This document shows, in pieces, positions 43,210 to 53,305 of a DNA stretch of 64,000 nt. The stretch's first letter is position 1. Each line of letters starts with the position of its first letter. The notes under the pieces were generated by a model. It ran no database searches. It was not told the origin of the DNA and saw only the letters and a list, made by a program, of their open reading frames with translations. The translations under genes and the position numbers were made by a program. The stretch comes from Escherichia coli (GTDB lineage: Bacteria; Pseudomonadota; Gammaproteobacteria; Enterobacterales; Enterobacteriaceae): NCBI RefSeq assembly GCF_003790525.1, contig NZ_CP033635.1. One strand, 5' to 3'.

Positions 43210-44349
43210 TTAATCCTCCTCTTCCCCTGCATCCTTGTCTTCAGCCTGCGCTGACAGTGCTTTTATGCCCTCCCGGTACCAGTCCGGCGCGTCATGGTCA
43301 TATTCGGCAAAGCTGATATTCTCAATCAGTGCGCACTTACCATGGTCCTCAACCACATAGCAGTCGTTAACGGACTGATAGATGGCGATACGGTTGTATT
43401 CGGGCTCATCCTTCATGAGACGACGCATGGACCCCTTCTGCCAGTAAACCGACAGGTTGCTGAATGAGGTGATGAGCATTGACTGAGCCGGGAAAAATGG
43501 CGCAAGGTACACATCAAGGTCGCCAATGGTCCGCGTTGACACAATGAGCTGTCCGGCAAGCAGTTCGGCATTCGCATTCTGCATGCTGATACTGTTCAGG
43601 ACCGGCAGGCGCAGGGAGTTAAAGAGGTTTCGCCCCATGATGACAACGAGGTCGTCTGCGTCCTTGTGCCATTCGTCAAGCAGGGATGAGCGTGCATCCT
43701 GGACCAGTGCATCGGGATTGGCGTATCTGCCTGTGTATGCCACCGAATTGTCCATATTGCGCGCAGTCAGCATCACGTCTTTCATGACGCGTTGCGGGGC
43801 CTGGTCCCTGATATCCTGCAGCCACCCCTTATTGACGTCCTCAAGTCGCGGGTGTTTTTTTATATCCGAGACTTCCGCATGGTGCGTACCGTTAAAACCT
43901 GTCATGATGCGATCAAGTGCCACCTGTCTGGCAATCTGGCGACTCACACGCAGCTGGAAGTCAGGGTGTCCGGCCCACATGTCAAGCTGAGGGTAGGAGA
44001 TGAAGGTGTCGTAGTTCACCTGCTCGCACTCATAGCGTCGCGCTTTCATGTCCACCACATTCAGCGGGTTACGACGATTTGTACCGTCATAACTGCTGTT
44101 CGTGCGCGCAACCGGCCCGGTGGTGTCCAGGAGTACCTTTTCACCTTTCTGCTCTGTCACACCAATGCTGTTGGCTTTCTGAAGAAAATCATGGCTTTCC
44201 TTTGATGCGTTTTCAAATCTCTGCTGCACTGCCGGCTGTACCGAAAAGCGGGAGGAGAGCGCAGATATCGTGATGTTATTCATCTCCGCCTGTTGTGCCT
44301 GGTAAGCAAAAAGCTCGGCCCGCGCGGCATCGCTCATGATCAGATTCAT
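43210..44349 (-). CDS. N: Major capsid protein (P2 N-like)
   Basis: 379 aa; position. Confidence 0.85.
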   Translation of the reverse strand: MNLIMSDAARAELFAYQAQQAEMNNITISALSSRFSVQPAVQQRFENASKESHDFLQKANSIGVTEQKGEKVLLDTTGPVARTNSSYDGTNRRNPLNVVDMKARRYECEQVNYDTFISYPQLDMWAGHPDFQLRVSRQIARQVALDRIMTGFNGTHHAEVSDIKKHPRLEDVNKGWLQDIRDQAPQRVMKDVMLTARNMDNSVAYTGRYANPDALVQDARSSLLDEWHKDADDLVVIMGRNLFNSLRLPVLNSISMQNANAELLAGQLIVSTRTIGDLDVYLAPFFPAQSMLITSFSNLSVYWQKGSMRRLMKDEPEYNRIAIYQSVNDCYVVEDHGKCALIENISFAEYDHDAPDWYREGIKALSAQAEDKDAGEEED

Positions 44350-44377
44350 CGGTTATCACCTCTTGTGGTTATTTCTG

Positions 44378-45214
44378 TCAGTAGTCAGCCAGTTGTCTGG
44401 ACTGCCCGCCGGTTGCCGTAAAACGACTTTCCTGATCAGCGTCCAGTCCGCGCAGTCTGTTTTTCAGCTCTGCCAGCTCAGTGGACAGGGTGGCGATTTT
44501 CTGTCTGTCTGCCTGATGGCGCGATTCCAGTGCACTGAAGCGGTCGAGAAGGTCGGCATGCGATGAGGCTATCCCCTCAACGGCGTCATGAATGCGGGAG
44601 AACCGGGTGTCGTCAGCCCTGCGTCCTCGCCCAATCATGTTCATCACGCGGTTAAGCCACTGCGCACCTTCCTCGCTGCGGCGCTCCGTCAGTTCGATCA
44701 CTTCAGCCTCAATGGCGTCAGAGAACATCGGTGCTTCCGTCTGCTGATTATTGAAGGTCATGACCGAACGGCGCTGCTGCAGGGCGAACTGAAGACGCTC
44801 CGTGCCGATGCTTGCCGGGGTGTCTGTCATGGCAAGGCCAATAAGATACGGGGTGCCCGTAGGGGTGAAATTTCGTGCCAGCTCAATACTGGAGTAAATT
44901 TTCTTACCCCGGGAGACCAGATTTTTCATGCGGTCGGTGGGTTCGATTTCCGCATACAGCGCAGTACGACCGACCAGCGGACCTTCGGTGATTTCTTCTG
45001 TGCTCAGTGCCGTCACATCACCCATGGCGGAAAATTCACTGGACGGAACCGGTGAAAGCCAGTGCTCCACGTTCACGCGTGCGCCGTAAATCTCAGGGTT
45101 GAAGTTACTGGCCGCCGCGCGCAAATCTGCGGCACTGATTTCGCGACCGTCTGCGGTGGGACCGGAAACGGCCACGCGGAATGTTTTACGGGATGTTTTT
45201 TTCTGTTCAGGCAT
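44378..45214 (-). CDS. O: Capsid scaffold protein (P2 O-like)
   Basis: About 278 aa from MPEQKKTSRK with SD GAGGG; the track ORF extends to 45355. Confidence 0.75.
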   Translation of the reverse strand: MPEQKKTSRKTFRVAVSGPTADGREISAADLRAAASNFNPEIYGARVNVEHWLSPVPSSEFSAMGDVTALSTEEITEGPLVGRTALYAEIEPTDRMKNLVSRGKKIYSSIELARNFTPTGTPYLIGLAMTDTPASIGTERLQFALQQRRSVMTFNNQQTEAPMFSDAIEAEVIELTERRSEEGAQWLNRVMNMIGRGRRADDTRFSRIHDAVEGIASSHADLLDRFSALESRHQADRQKIATLSTELAELKNRLRGLDADQESRFTATGGQSRQLADY

Positions 45215-45284
45215 TGTCGGGCCCTCGTGATGATCGTTTGTCTCATGATGGCAAAACGGGGCAGGGACAGACAAAGTGCGTTTG

Positions 45285-45302
45285 TTGTAAGCGAATGCCG
45301 AC
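45285..45302. promoter_or_regulatory. Ogr-type late-promoter dyad TGT-N12-ACA between divergent O and P
   Basis: TGTTGTaagcgaatgccgACAACA, about 79 bp from the O ATG and 76 bp from the P ATG. Confidence 0.5.
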
Positions 45303-45368
45303 AACACCGGGCATGGCAGGAGGCCTGTAAGGGGTGAGTAAACTGCCTGAATCACATGAGGGGGAGAA

Positions 45369-47120
45369 ATGATTCAGGATACATTTGTTCGCCAGCGGGC
45401 ACGCCAGCTGTACTGGCAGGGTTACCCTGTTGCGGAAATTTCCCGCCTTATGGGTATCAACCAGAACACGATCCATTCGTGGAAAAAACGCGACCAGTGG
45501 GATGAGACGCCCCCGGTTCAGCGTGTCACGCAGTCCATGGATGCGCGACTCATTCAGCTCACGGAAAAACAGAATAAAACAGGCGGGGACTTTAAGGAAA
45601 TTGATTTGCTGACCCGTCAGCTTAAAAAGCTGCATGACGGTCTGCCGGATGAGACGGCAACAGGAAAGAAAGGCCGGGCGAAAAAACACAAAAATCATTT
45701 CACGCCGGAACAGATCGCGGCGCTGCGGGAAAAAATTACCGACAGGCTGGCCGGACACCAGCGCAAATGGCTTGATGCTATCGGTGCCTGTGAGCGTGCC
45801 GGAATTACTGACAGGATGATCCTGAAATCCCGCCAGATTGGGGCGACCTGGTATTTTGCGCAGGAAGCGCTGCTGATGGCGCTGCGTGACGATGTGGCAC
45901 AACCTTACCAGCGTAACCAGATTTTTTTGTCTGCGTCTCGTCGTCAGGCGCTCCAGTTTAAAAGCATTATTCAGAAGGCTGCATCTGAAGTTGATGTGGA
46001 ACTGAAAGGGGGCGATAAAGTCATCCTCTCCAACGGTGCAGAGCTGCATTTTCTCGGCACTTCTGCGGCCACCGCGCAAGCGTACACAGGGAATCTGTAT
46101 TTTGATGAGTTTTTCTGGACGGGGCGTTTCGCAGAGCTGCGCAAGGTGGCTGCTGCTATGGCAACGCTGGATGGTTTGCGGTGTACCTATTTTTCCACGC
46201 CATCAAGTGAAACACATGAGGCGTATGCATACTGGAACGGCGATCACTGGAATGAAGGGCTTCGTACTCATAAACGTCAGCATTTTGATGTGAGCTGGAA
46301 TGCGCTTCATAACGGCCTTATCTGTCCTGACTATATCTGGCGGCAAATTGTGACGCTGGAAGATGTGGTCAGTCAGGGATGGACGTTAACCAACATTGAC
46401 AAAATCCGGCGCAATAACACTGAAGACGAGTTCCGCAATCTCTACATGTGTGAATTTGCTCGCGAAGGGGAATCGGCATTTAACCTGAATATCCTGATTG
46501 GCTGCGGTGTTGACGGATACGACGAGTGGCCGGACTGGAAGCCGTTTGCACCGCGTCCGATGGGGAACCGCCCTGTGTGGATTGGGTACGACGCCAACGG
46601 CAGTAGCGGGAACGGTGACAGCGGGGCGGTTGTCGTGGTGGTGCCGCCAGCCGTACCGGGCGGGCGTTTTCGCACCGTGGAGACGCGGCGGGTGCAGGGG
46701 CTGGAGTTTGAGGCGCAGGCGAAGGTGATTGAAGAGTTCACCTTTCGCTATAACGTTGAGCATATCGGTATTGACGTAACCGGCGGTCACGGGGATGCGG
46801 TGTATCAGATTGTGAAGCGCTTTTTTCCGGCAGCCATTCCCTACACCTTCACCCTGTCATCAAAGCGCACGCTGGTTCTGAAGATGCTGCAGCTCATGCG
46901 CGCCGGGCGGTGGGAGTACGACCGCAGCGAGCGCGAACTGGTGAGCGCCTTTAACGCGGTACGCAAAACAAAAACGCAGGCCGGATTTATCACCTACGAA
47001 ACAGATCGCGCAAGAGGCGTAAGCCATGGCGATCTTGCATGGGCCACCATGCTGGCCGTTATCAACGAACCTGTCGGCGGTGAACATGATGCCGCCCCCT
47101 TCAGTGTTACGGAGTTCTGA
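45369..47120 (+). CDS. P: Terminase large (ATPase) subunit (P2 P-like)
   Basis: 583 aa; position. Confidence 0.9.
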   Translation: MIQDTFVRQRARQLYWQGYPVAEISRLMGINQNTIHSWKKRDQWDETPPVQRVTQSMDARLIQLTEKQNKTGGDFKEIDLLTRQLKKLHDGLPDETATGKKGRAKKHKNHFTPEQIAALREKITDRLAGHQRKWLDAIGACERAGITDRMILKSRQIGATWYFAQEALLMALRDDVAQPYQRNQIFLSASRRQALQFKSIIQKAASEVDVELKGGDKVILSNGAELHFLGTSAATAQAYTGNLYFDEFFWTGRFAELRKVAAAMATLDGLRCTYFSTPSSETHEAYAYWNGDHWNEGLRTHKRQHFDVSWNALHNGLICPDYIWRQIVTLEDVVSQGWTLTNIDKIRRNNTEDEFRNLYMCEFAREGESAFNLNILIGCGVDGYDEWPDWKPFAPRPMGNRPVWIGYDANGSSGNGDSGAVVVVVPPAVPGGRFRTVETRRVQGLEFEAQAKVIEEFTFRYNVEHIGIDVTGGHGDAVYQIVKRFFPAAIPYTFTLSSKRTLVLKMLQLMRAGRWEYDRSERELVSAFNAVRKTKTQAGFITYETDRARGVSHGDLAWATMLAVINEPVGGEHDAAPFSVTEF

Positions 47121-48175
47121 TGAGCAGAAAAAATAAACAACGACGTACGAACGCCCGCGCAGCGCAGGGCAGCCTTGCGGATTCCCTGCGAAGCGACCCG
47201 ACACTGAGTGCCTTCACGTTTGAAGGACCTTACCGGCTGTCAGGGGCCGACCTGCTGGACAGCATGTACTGCGCCGACAACGGGCGGTGGTTTGAAACGC
47301 CCGTTGACTGGTACGGACTGGCACGGGCTGCCCGCCAGACGTCCTGGCACCAGTCGGCGCTCAGCTTCAAACGTAATGTGCTGCTGGGCTGCTATATTCC
47401 ACATCCTCTGCTGTCCCGCCAGGAGTTCGCCGGGGTGGCGATGGACTGGTTTGTGTTCGGTAATGCCTGTCTTGAGCTGCGGCGCAACATGCTTGGCGAA
47501 CCGCTGGCCCTGCGCCGGGCGCTGGCGAAATACATGCGACGTGGCAGCGATATGAAATCATGGTGGTATATACAGGAAGGACAGGAAGAGTACCGCTTTC
47601 GTGAGGGGACGATATGCCACCTGATGAATCCTGATATCAACCAGGAGATTTACGGGATGCCGGATTACCTGGGCGGCCTGCTGTCTGCCAGCCTGTCACA
47701 TTCCGCCGATATCTTCCGCAAGCTCTACTACGATAACGGCTCACACGCGGGCTGTATTGTCTACATCGGTGCGGCGCAGGTTGACCGTGAAAGCATGGAA
47801 AAACTGCGGGAAACACTGCAAAGCGCGCGTGGTGGCGGGGCGTTTAAAAATCTGCTCATCCACGCGGCGGGAGGTGGTAAGGATGGCGTACAGATTTTGC
47901 CGTTTCAGCAAATCACCGCAAAGGATGAGTTCATGAACGTCAAGGCTGCATCGCGTGATGATGTGCTGTCCGTGCACCGTGTACCGCCGCAGCTGATGGG
48001 GGCCATGCCGGGTGAGAAGGGGTCATTCGGGGATGTGGAGAAGGCAGCCCGTGTGTTTGCCATTAACGAACTGATGCCCGTCATGGAAGCAATGAAACAC
48101 GTCAACGACTGGCTGGGCGAAGAGGTGATCCGTTTTAACCCTTACGCACTGTTAGACACCCAGCCCATATCCTGA
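47120..48175 (+). CDS. Q: Portal protein (P2 Q-like)
   Basis: 351 aa; position after P. Confidence 0.9.
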   Translation: MSRKNKQRRTNARAAQGSLADSLRSDPTLSAFTFEGPYRLSGADLLDSMYCADNGRWFETPVDWYGLARAARQTSWHQSALSFKRNVLLGCYIPHPLLSRQEFAGVAMDWFVFGNACLELRRNMLGEPLALRRALAKYMRRGSDMKSWWYIQEGQEEYRFREGTICHLMNPDINQEIYGMPDYLGGLLSASLSHSADIFRKLYYDNGSHAGCIVYIGAAQVDRESMEKLRETLQSARGGGAFKNLLIHAAGGGKDGVQILPFQQITAKDEFMNVKAASRDDVLSVHRVPPQLMGAMPGEKGSFGDVEKAARVFAINELMPVMEAMKHVNDWLGEEVIRFNPYALLDTQPIS

Positions 48176-48202
48176 CGCGCTTCGCTTGTCTGCTGCTTCG
48201 CC

Positions 48203-48225
48203 GGGGCATAAAAAATTTATGCCCC
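48203..48225. terminator. Hairpin between the portal gene and the cargo gene
   Basis: ggggcataaaaaatttatgcccc. Confidence 0.5.
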
Positions 48226-48241
48226 GACTCTCCAGCTCTGC

Positions 48242-48955
48242 TTAACGAAGTGCTGATGGCGCTCGCTTTTTCAGGTGATTAGCGATGTGCTTTTTCATGT
48301 GCATAACAACATCGCCCCAGGCTTCTTCGCTGGGTTTATTGATAAATACGCGAACAGAAATATCGTCTTCCACCCGGACTCTCAGAGACACCCGTTCCGC
48401 ATCTACTGAATATAATTCAAGTGCAATAACCACGCTTACCGGGTAGCTGCTGTCAGATGACTTAACCCAGGTTCGCACGGCCATGCGGAAAATATTGTCT
48501 GGTGCAGATGCGATATTGTGGACTGAAAGAGGACTAAAATCCGCCGCTGTCTTACATGGCAAGCCTGTCTCCACGTAGCGGTGCAGGTCGCCATCATCGT
48601 CTTCCCAGTACATGGATGGAAGCCCCAGCCATTCTTCATAGAAATCAATCAGCCTTGCCGCTTCATCCCGCAAAATTTGAGCTGCCTCAGCGCGTTTTTC
48701 TTCAGCTTCACGATTGATCTGGCATAAATCATTAAAGTGGCTCATGACATTATCCTCTTTTGAGTTGATGCCTGCCGCTATTCTGACTTTGCCCGGGTTC
48801 TCCTGCAAGCTGGTTATTCCTTCAGATAATTTCACAACATCTCCAACCTTGTAGCCATCATCGCCGGGCGGATGCTTACGCAACCCCGCAACTCTGACGA
48901 CATATTCTCGCTGCCTCAGTGCGATTTTGACGGCCTTATCTTTCACCCCCATCAA
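48242..48955 (-). CDS. Uncharacterised cargo protein at the P2 tin/old position (237 aa, or 167 aa from an internal start at about 48745)
   Basis: Own transcription unit; internal ATG has SD AAGAGGATAA; no motif recognised. Confidence 0.5.
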   Translation of the reverse strand: MMGVKDKAVKIALRQREYVVRVAGLRKHPPGDDGYKVGDVVKLSEGITSLQENPGKVRIAAGINSKEDNVMSHFNDLCQINREAEEKRAEAAQILRDEAARLIDFYEEWLGLPSMYWEDDDGDLHRYVETGLPCKTAADFSPLSVHNIASAPDNIFRMAVRTWVKSSDSSYPVSVVIALELYSVDAERVSLRVRVEDDISVRVFINKPSEEAWGDVVMHMKKHIANHLKKRAPSALR

Positions 48956-49235
48956 ATCAAGCTTTTACGTCTTTTTTACGCTCAGCGTGAGAAATACAGC
49001 CATTCTGTTGTGTCGCTGCAACATCGTTCAGGGAATGCTATTTACCCCCTGAAACGCGGGCTGTTCCCCCGTCACCTGCGCGCAGAAAAAGGCCTTTTTT
49101 CGTGCACGCACGGATCCCCGACGGATCCAGACGCCACACGGGCCGGAAGGGCAAAAAGTCGTTCAAAAAAATTGTGCAAATTTGTGCACTATTGTGCATT
49201 GAAATAAACGCCCTGGAGGAGGGCGTTTTGCTCAT

Positions 49236-49637
49236 CTATTTATAGCCTTGCCCCTTACTGGCCAGCGCCCTGATGGCAGGGCGTGCCAACACCATATTTT
49301 GGCAATGATGAATTGCCCGGCAAAATTCATCTCTACCCATTGGATGCTCAACTGGCAATGTAAAATACAGGTTCCATGCATCGCCTAAAAGTTGGGCTAT
49401 CTTTTGTTCTTCAGATGTCAGCAAGCGGTACTCCCCATCCTTGATGTAGTCACTTGTGCCATCGACCTGCTGTTCTGCAATGTGGAAAGCACCTATTGGT
49501 TTTGCTTCCAGCGATGCCAAAGCAATCCGTGCCAGTTTTTCCGCTTCTTCGGCTGGCAGTACAACGTTGCTACCAGGTCCGTATGTTTCGCGCCACTGCC
49601 TGATTGTCAGTAGTCGCTCTTTGGTTATAGTGGTCAT
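49236..49637 (-). CDS. Hypothetical protein (133 aa), last gene of the operon downstream of A
   Basis: ORF track; start overlaps upstream ORF; followed by a terminator at about 49210-49232. Confidence 0.45.
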   Translation of the reverse strand: MTTITKERLLTIRQWRETYGPGSNVVLPAEEAEKLARIALASLEAKPIGAFHIAEQQVDGTSDYIKDGEYRLLTSEEQKIAQLLGDAWNLYFTLPVEHPMGRDEFCRAIHHCQNMVLARPAIRALASKGQGYK

Positions 49638-49843
49638 TTGTTAATCCTCAAAACTTTATGCCCGGGCGCAAAAGCACGAGTTTTGTCTTTGCTTATTCGC
49701 CAGCCATCCTTACGCGCCTCTTTTGCACAGCCAGTCCATGACGTACCGATATATTCACCGAAGTCTGGCGTTTGATATTTACCATTTGTACACTGGCGAC
49801 AATCACAATAGAGATGCATGGTGTAACTTGCGGCAATAGCCAT
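49634..49843 (-). CDS. Hypothetical Cys-rich small protein (69 aa), possible zinc ribbon
   Basis: CDCRQC...C pattern; translationally coupled to neighbours. Confidence 0.4.
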   Translation of the reverse strand: MAIAASYTMHLYCDCRQCTNGKYQTPDFGEYIGTSWTGCAKEARKDGWRISKDKTRAFAPGHKVLRINK

Positions 49844-49844
49844 A

Positions 49845-50174
49845 TCAGTCTCCTTTGATGCCAGTGTTTACAACCTGACAAGCCTCTTTGAGCACCCAGT
49901 CAACAGCGTCTTGCCATGCTCCGGTTTCGACTGGCGGATTCTCACGCTTTACCAGTTCATAGAAACGTACTGCTCTAACCAGTCCATCTGACGGTTTTGC
50001 CTGTAGTGCAGCCTGAGCTATGCGGTATACCTGGAGCATACAGGCGTCGTTGATATCCATTCCGAATGGAATATCTGATGACTGAGATTCCACATCTTCC
50101 AGCCTGGCAATTTCTTTACGTAAGAAGCCTTTCAGTTCCTGCTTCTGTTTCCTGTTCATATATTTTTCCTTCAA
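49845..50174 (-). CDS. Hypothetical protein (109 aa)
   Basis: ORF track; coupled within the operon. Confidence 0.45.
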   Translation of the reverse strand: MKEKYMNRKQKQELKGFLRKEIARLEDVESQSSDIPFGMDINDACMLQVYRIAQAALQAKPSDGLVRAVRFYELVKRENPPVETGAWQDAVDWVLKEACQVVNTGIKGD

Positions 50175-50365
50175 AGTTCGGTTCGCTGACAGGGTTTCTC
50201 TTTACGGCAGACAATGACGCTTCCTTTGCTCGAGTCGGTGATTGTTACCGTGCCGTCATCACACTGGACAATGACAACGGTGTTGCTCTTTTTCGCTACG
50301 CAGTTCGGCGTGGCTGATTGTGCGAATGGCGCGAAAAACAGCAGAAAAAGTAATATTCTGCTCAC
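50171..50365 (-). CDS. Candidate small secreted Cys-containing peptide (about 63 aa, GTG start)
   Basis: SD GGGAGGAAA before GTG; hydrophobic signal-like N-terminus and four Cys. Confidence 0.3.
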   Translation of the reverse strand: MSRILLFLLFFAPFAQSATPNCVAKKSNTVVIVQCDDGTVTITDSSKGSVIVCRKEKPCQRTEL

Positions 50366-50793
50366 TGTTGTTTCCTCCCGTTCTGTGCTGGTCTGGCGAA
50401 TGAATTGCGTTGTGGTGAAAAGACCATTCGCGCCAGCGCGGCCTTGTGATTGACTGTGTTCAGTGTTCTGGCCAGTCCGCCGTTGTGCCTGCGTGTCCGC
50501 TCTTCGTGATATCTCTGCATGATTTTCCCGGCAGGCGTGCACGGCTCCGGTTCCTCCGGCGAACGGCGCGGACGAATGACGACAGTCCAGCTATGGCTCT
50601 CGCTGCCCGGCCGCCTGTTGAGTATGTCGGCGATGGTGGTCTCCGTGGTGCGATCGGGGCTGACTATCGTGATTTCCAGCTCGTCGCCCGGTTGTGGCCT
50701 TGTGGCAGGCCTGAACAGTGTCAGCACCGGCATACGCTGGCGCATGATGGCCTCAAACTGTGGGCGCTGCATGGTGCAGCAAAATCGCGTCAT
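50362..50793 (-). CDS. Hypothetical protein (143 aa), translationally coupled to A
   Basis: Start overlaps the A stop. Confidence 0.45.
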   Translation of the reverse strand: MTRFCCTMQRPQFEAIMRQRMPVLTLFRPATRPQPGDELEITIVSPDRTTETTIADILNRRPGSESHSWTVVIRPRRSPEEPEPCTPAGKIMQRYHEERTRRHNGGLARTLNTVNHKAALARMVFSPQRNSFARPAQNGRKQQ

Positions 50794-53300
50794 GCTCCCG
50801 CCTCCACTGGCTGCTCTGTGATGATGTGACGGGCTGACTCATCCCAGTACGCTGTTCCCCCGTTATCCAGACGCACACGGGCACCGTTACGCACGGAGAT
50901 GATGGCCGCGTCAGGCAACTGCACACCCAGCGCATCAAGTTCGCGGGCGATTTGCGTGTCCGTCGCGGTATCCGCAGGCACGACAATCCCCACCCTTACA
51001 GGGGTGTCAGATGCCGGTGTGGTGTCGTTTTGTCCGGTTTTTGCGCCCGACGGCTGATTTTTAATCTGATTACGCAGTTTTCTCCGATCGCCCCTGCTTA
51101 ACGTATTCAGCCAGCTTTCCAGGTTCTCTTCGGGAAGCGTCAGTCGTCCGGGGTCCTGCCTGTTTTCTGGTCCGTGATTGTCTGTTTTTTCATCCCGGGG
51201 ACAGTTATTGCCACGAGTCCAAGGGGCGACGGGGTCGCCCTGAAGGTCAAAACCCTCGCCCGTGCGGTTGTCTGGTATTGTTTCTTTTTTAACCAGTTTC
51301 CACTCGTCCGGATGGGTGCATATGGTGTACCGCTCTCCGAGCGACGGGGCGCAGATTCCGTAGATACGTTGAGGGAATTCACCGTAGTCGTTGGCTTCGT
51401 CTGCGGTTTCGTATGCGGTGCGGACCAGATACTGGTTGCGCGGAATGAGCACACCACCCTGTTTCATGATGTAGGTGGCAAAACATCCCACATCTGCGGC
51501 AGCCATAATGGCGTCAATATCGTCATGATCGAGGTGCTTCGGTGATGCCGGGTTGCGCTCCATCTGGCTTGCAAGGCGGCGGAGTTCACGCCATACCTGG
51601 CGGGGCGGAATGCCGAAAAACTGGAACTGACGGATGCGGTGAAGGCTTGCCCAGGCAATGGCGTTCTCCACGGTTTCCGCCATGGTTTTCCCGGATTCCT
51701 CATCAACGTAAGGTTTTCCGGTTTTCGGATCATTGTTGTGGAAAGCGCTGGCGTCCAGGTTCTTACCGATATAGGTTGCGATATAGCTTGCCGGTGTGCC
51801 TTTTTCCGGGTCTATCTTCTCGCATTTAAAGCGCGGTGAAATATCGTCCCCCAGTTCGTGGCGATCTGATTTAATTGCTGCTTCGCGCATAATTTCGATG
51901 ATGCGCTCTGCGTTCTCCGGGGAAGTGAATACCAGCATATGCCAGTGTGGCGTGCCGTCATGGTGTGGCTCAGCGGTTCGCACGCCGTACCAGCCCAGCC
52001 CCTCTTTTTTTATTTTTTTTCTTACGGCTGCGAAGAAGTCGTAAACCAGATAATCACTGGCATCTCGTACTGTGGCACCGTTGTATTTCGGGTTCAGGCT
52101 GCCGTTCTCGTTCACGCTGTGAAAGCGGGAAGGGGTGGTTACTGTGATGAAGAATGCGACGTCAGCCCGTAATTCGGCCACCATCTCCATCCCTCTGACG
52201 CAGACCATCATTTCATTGCGGCGGTTGCGTGGATTACCCAGGCCAGCCCAGTACACGTCCTCCAGACTCAGGCGCTCGCCGTCTTCGTTTTCAATATCCC
52301 AGCTTTTGAGAAAGTCACAGGTGCGCTGGCGCTTCTCGCGGAACTCCAGTAGTGACTCATGGCTGATATAGGGGGATTGTTTACGTGACACTCTGCCGGC
52401 GGCGCGCAGTAACTCCTCCCGCCAGAGATCGGCGACGTGGCGTAACTGGTTGTTCCACCAGGTCGCGCAGGTGATGCGCAGTACCGCACCCGGAACCCGT
52501 TCAGGGTCCGGCGGTGTGCGTCGGTTGTGCCTGATTTCGAGTTCCGGCCAGTATGGCGGGACCATGCCCAGAATTAAGGCTGTGCGTGCCACCTTCTGGT
52601 AGGCCAGCAGCCAGATAACCGGGCTGTCATTATCCTTGCCTGTCCGTTCAAGAACTTCATCACATATGCGTTCAAATTCTGCGGCGAATGCCTGGGCTGT
52701 CAGTGTGGCGATGCGCTGGATTTCGTCACGGGTGAGTTGCGGCAGTGTGAGCAGTTCTTCAAGGCGATGGCGCACGACGGTGGTTTTGAATGCCGGCGTT
52801 GCAAAGCGGTCGTTAACCCTTTCAATACGTTTCAGGCGCGCACGCAGTCCACGGCGAACGAAATTATCGGCCACGTATGCGCTGTTGTTTTTTACACCTT
52901 CACTGCGGGCACTTTGCTGTTTCCGGTTCAGTCGTGCCAGATCACGGATCAACACACTGGCAAGAAACGAGGGCAGGGTGCGAAGTTCGGCTATCGCCTC
53001 CGATACCGCCGTTGGCGGATTTTCGCGTCTGTGTCGTGCCAGCTTATCCAGCCTTATCTGCCGCTCTTCGTCCCGGTGAAGGTGTGAATTAATTTGCTTA
53101 CCTTTGTCCGTGGTTGTCAGGAAGGCCACGGTTTCTTCATCCAGCCGGGCCTCAGTGCGAATGTCTTCGGTGAGGTAGTCACGGATTGCCCGTTGTAATG
53201 CGGTTGGCTTCTGCGGTAATGCTCTGCCGAATGTCTCAGGATCAATAACCGGCAGCGGGGCGTTCCACGGGTACGCCAGGTGCGTGTGGTGATGGCTCAT
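50790..53300 (-). CDS. A: Replication initiation protein (P2 A-like)
   Basis: 836 aa; position downstream of the regulatory genes. Confidence 0.85.
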   Translation of the reverse strand: MSHHHTHLAYPWNAPLPVIDPETFGRALPQKPTALQRAIRDYLTEDIRTEARLDEETVAFLTTTDKGKQINSHLHRDEERQIRLDKLARHRRENPPTAVSEAIAELRTLPSFLASVLIRDLARLNRKQQSARSEGVKNNSAYVADNFVRRGLRARLKRIERVNDRFATPAFKTTVVRHRLEELLTLPQLTRDEIQRIATLTAQAFAAEFERICDEVLERTGKDNDSPVIWLLAYQKVARTALILGMVPPYWPELEIRHNRRTPPDPERVPGAVLRITCATWWNNQLRHVADLWREELLRAAGRVSRKQSPYISHESLLEFREKRQRTCDFLKSWDIENEDGERLSLEDVYWAGLGNPRNRRNEMMVCVRGMEMVAELRADVAFFITVTTPSRFHSVNENGSLNPKYNGATVRDASDYLVYDFFAAVRKKIKKEGLGWYGVRTAEPHHDGTPHWHMLVFTSPENAERIIEIMREAAIKSDRHELGDDISPRFKCEKIDPEKGTPASYIATYIGKNLDASAFHNNDPKTGKPYVDEESGKTMAETVENAIAWASLHRIRQFQFFGIPPRQVWRELRRLASQMERNPASPKHLDHDDIDAIMAAADVGCFATYIMKQGGVLIPRNQYLVRTAYETADEANDYGEFPQRIYGICAPSLGERYTICTHPDEWKLVKKETIPDNRTGEGFDLQGDPVAPWTRGNNCPRDEKTDNHGPENRQDPGRLTLPEENLESWLNTLSRGDRRKLRNQIKNQPSGAKTGQNDTTPASDTPVRVGIVVPADTATDTQIARELDALGVQLPDAAIISVRNGARVRLDNGGTAYWDESARHIITEQPVEAGA

Positions 53301-53305
53301 TCCGC

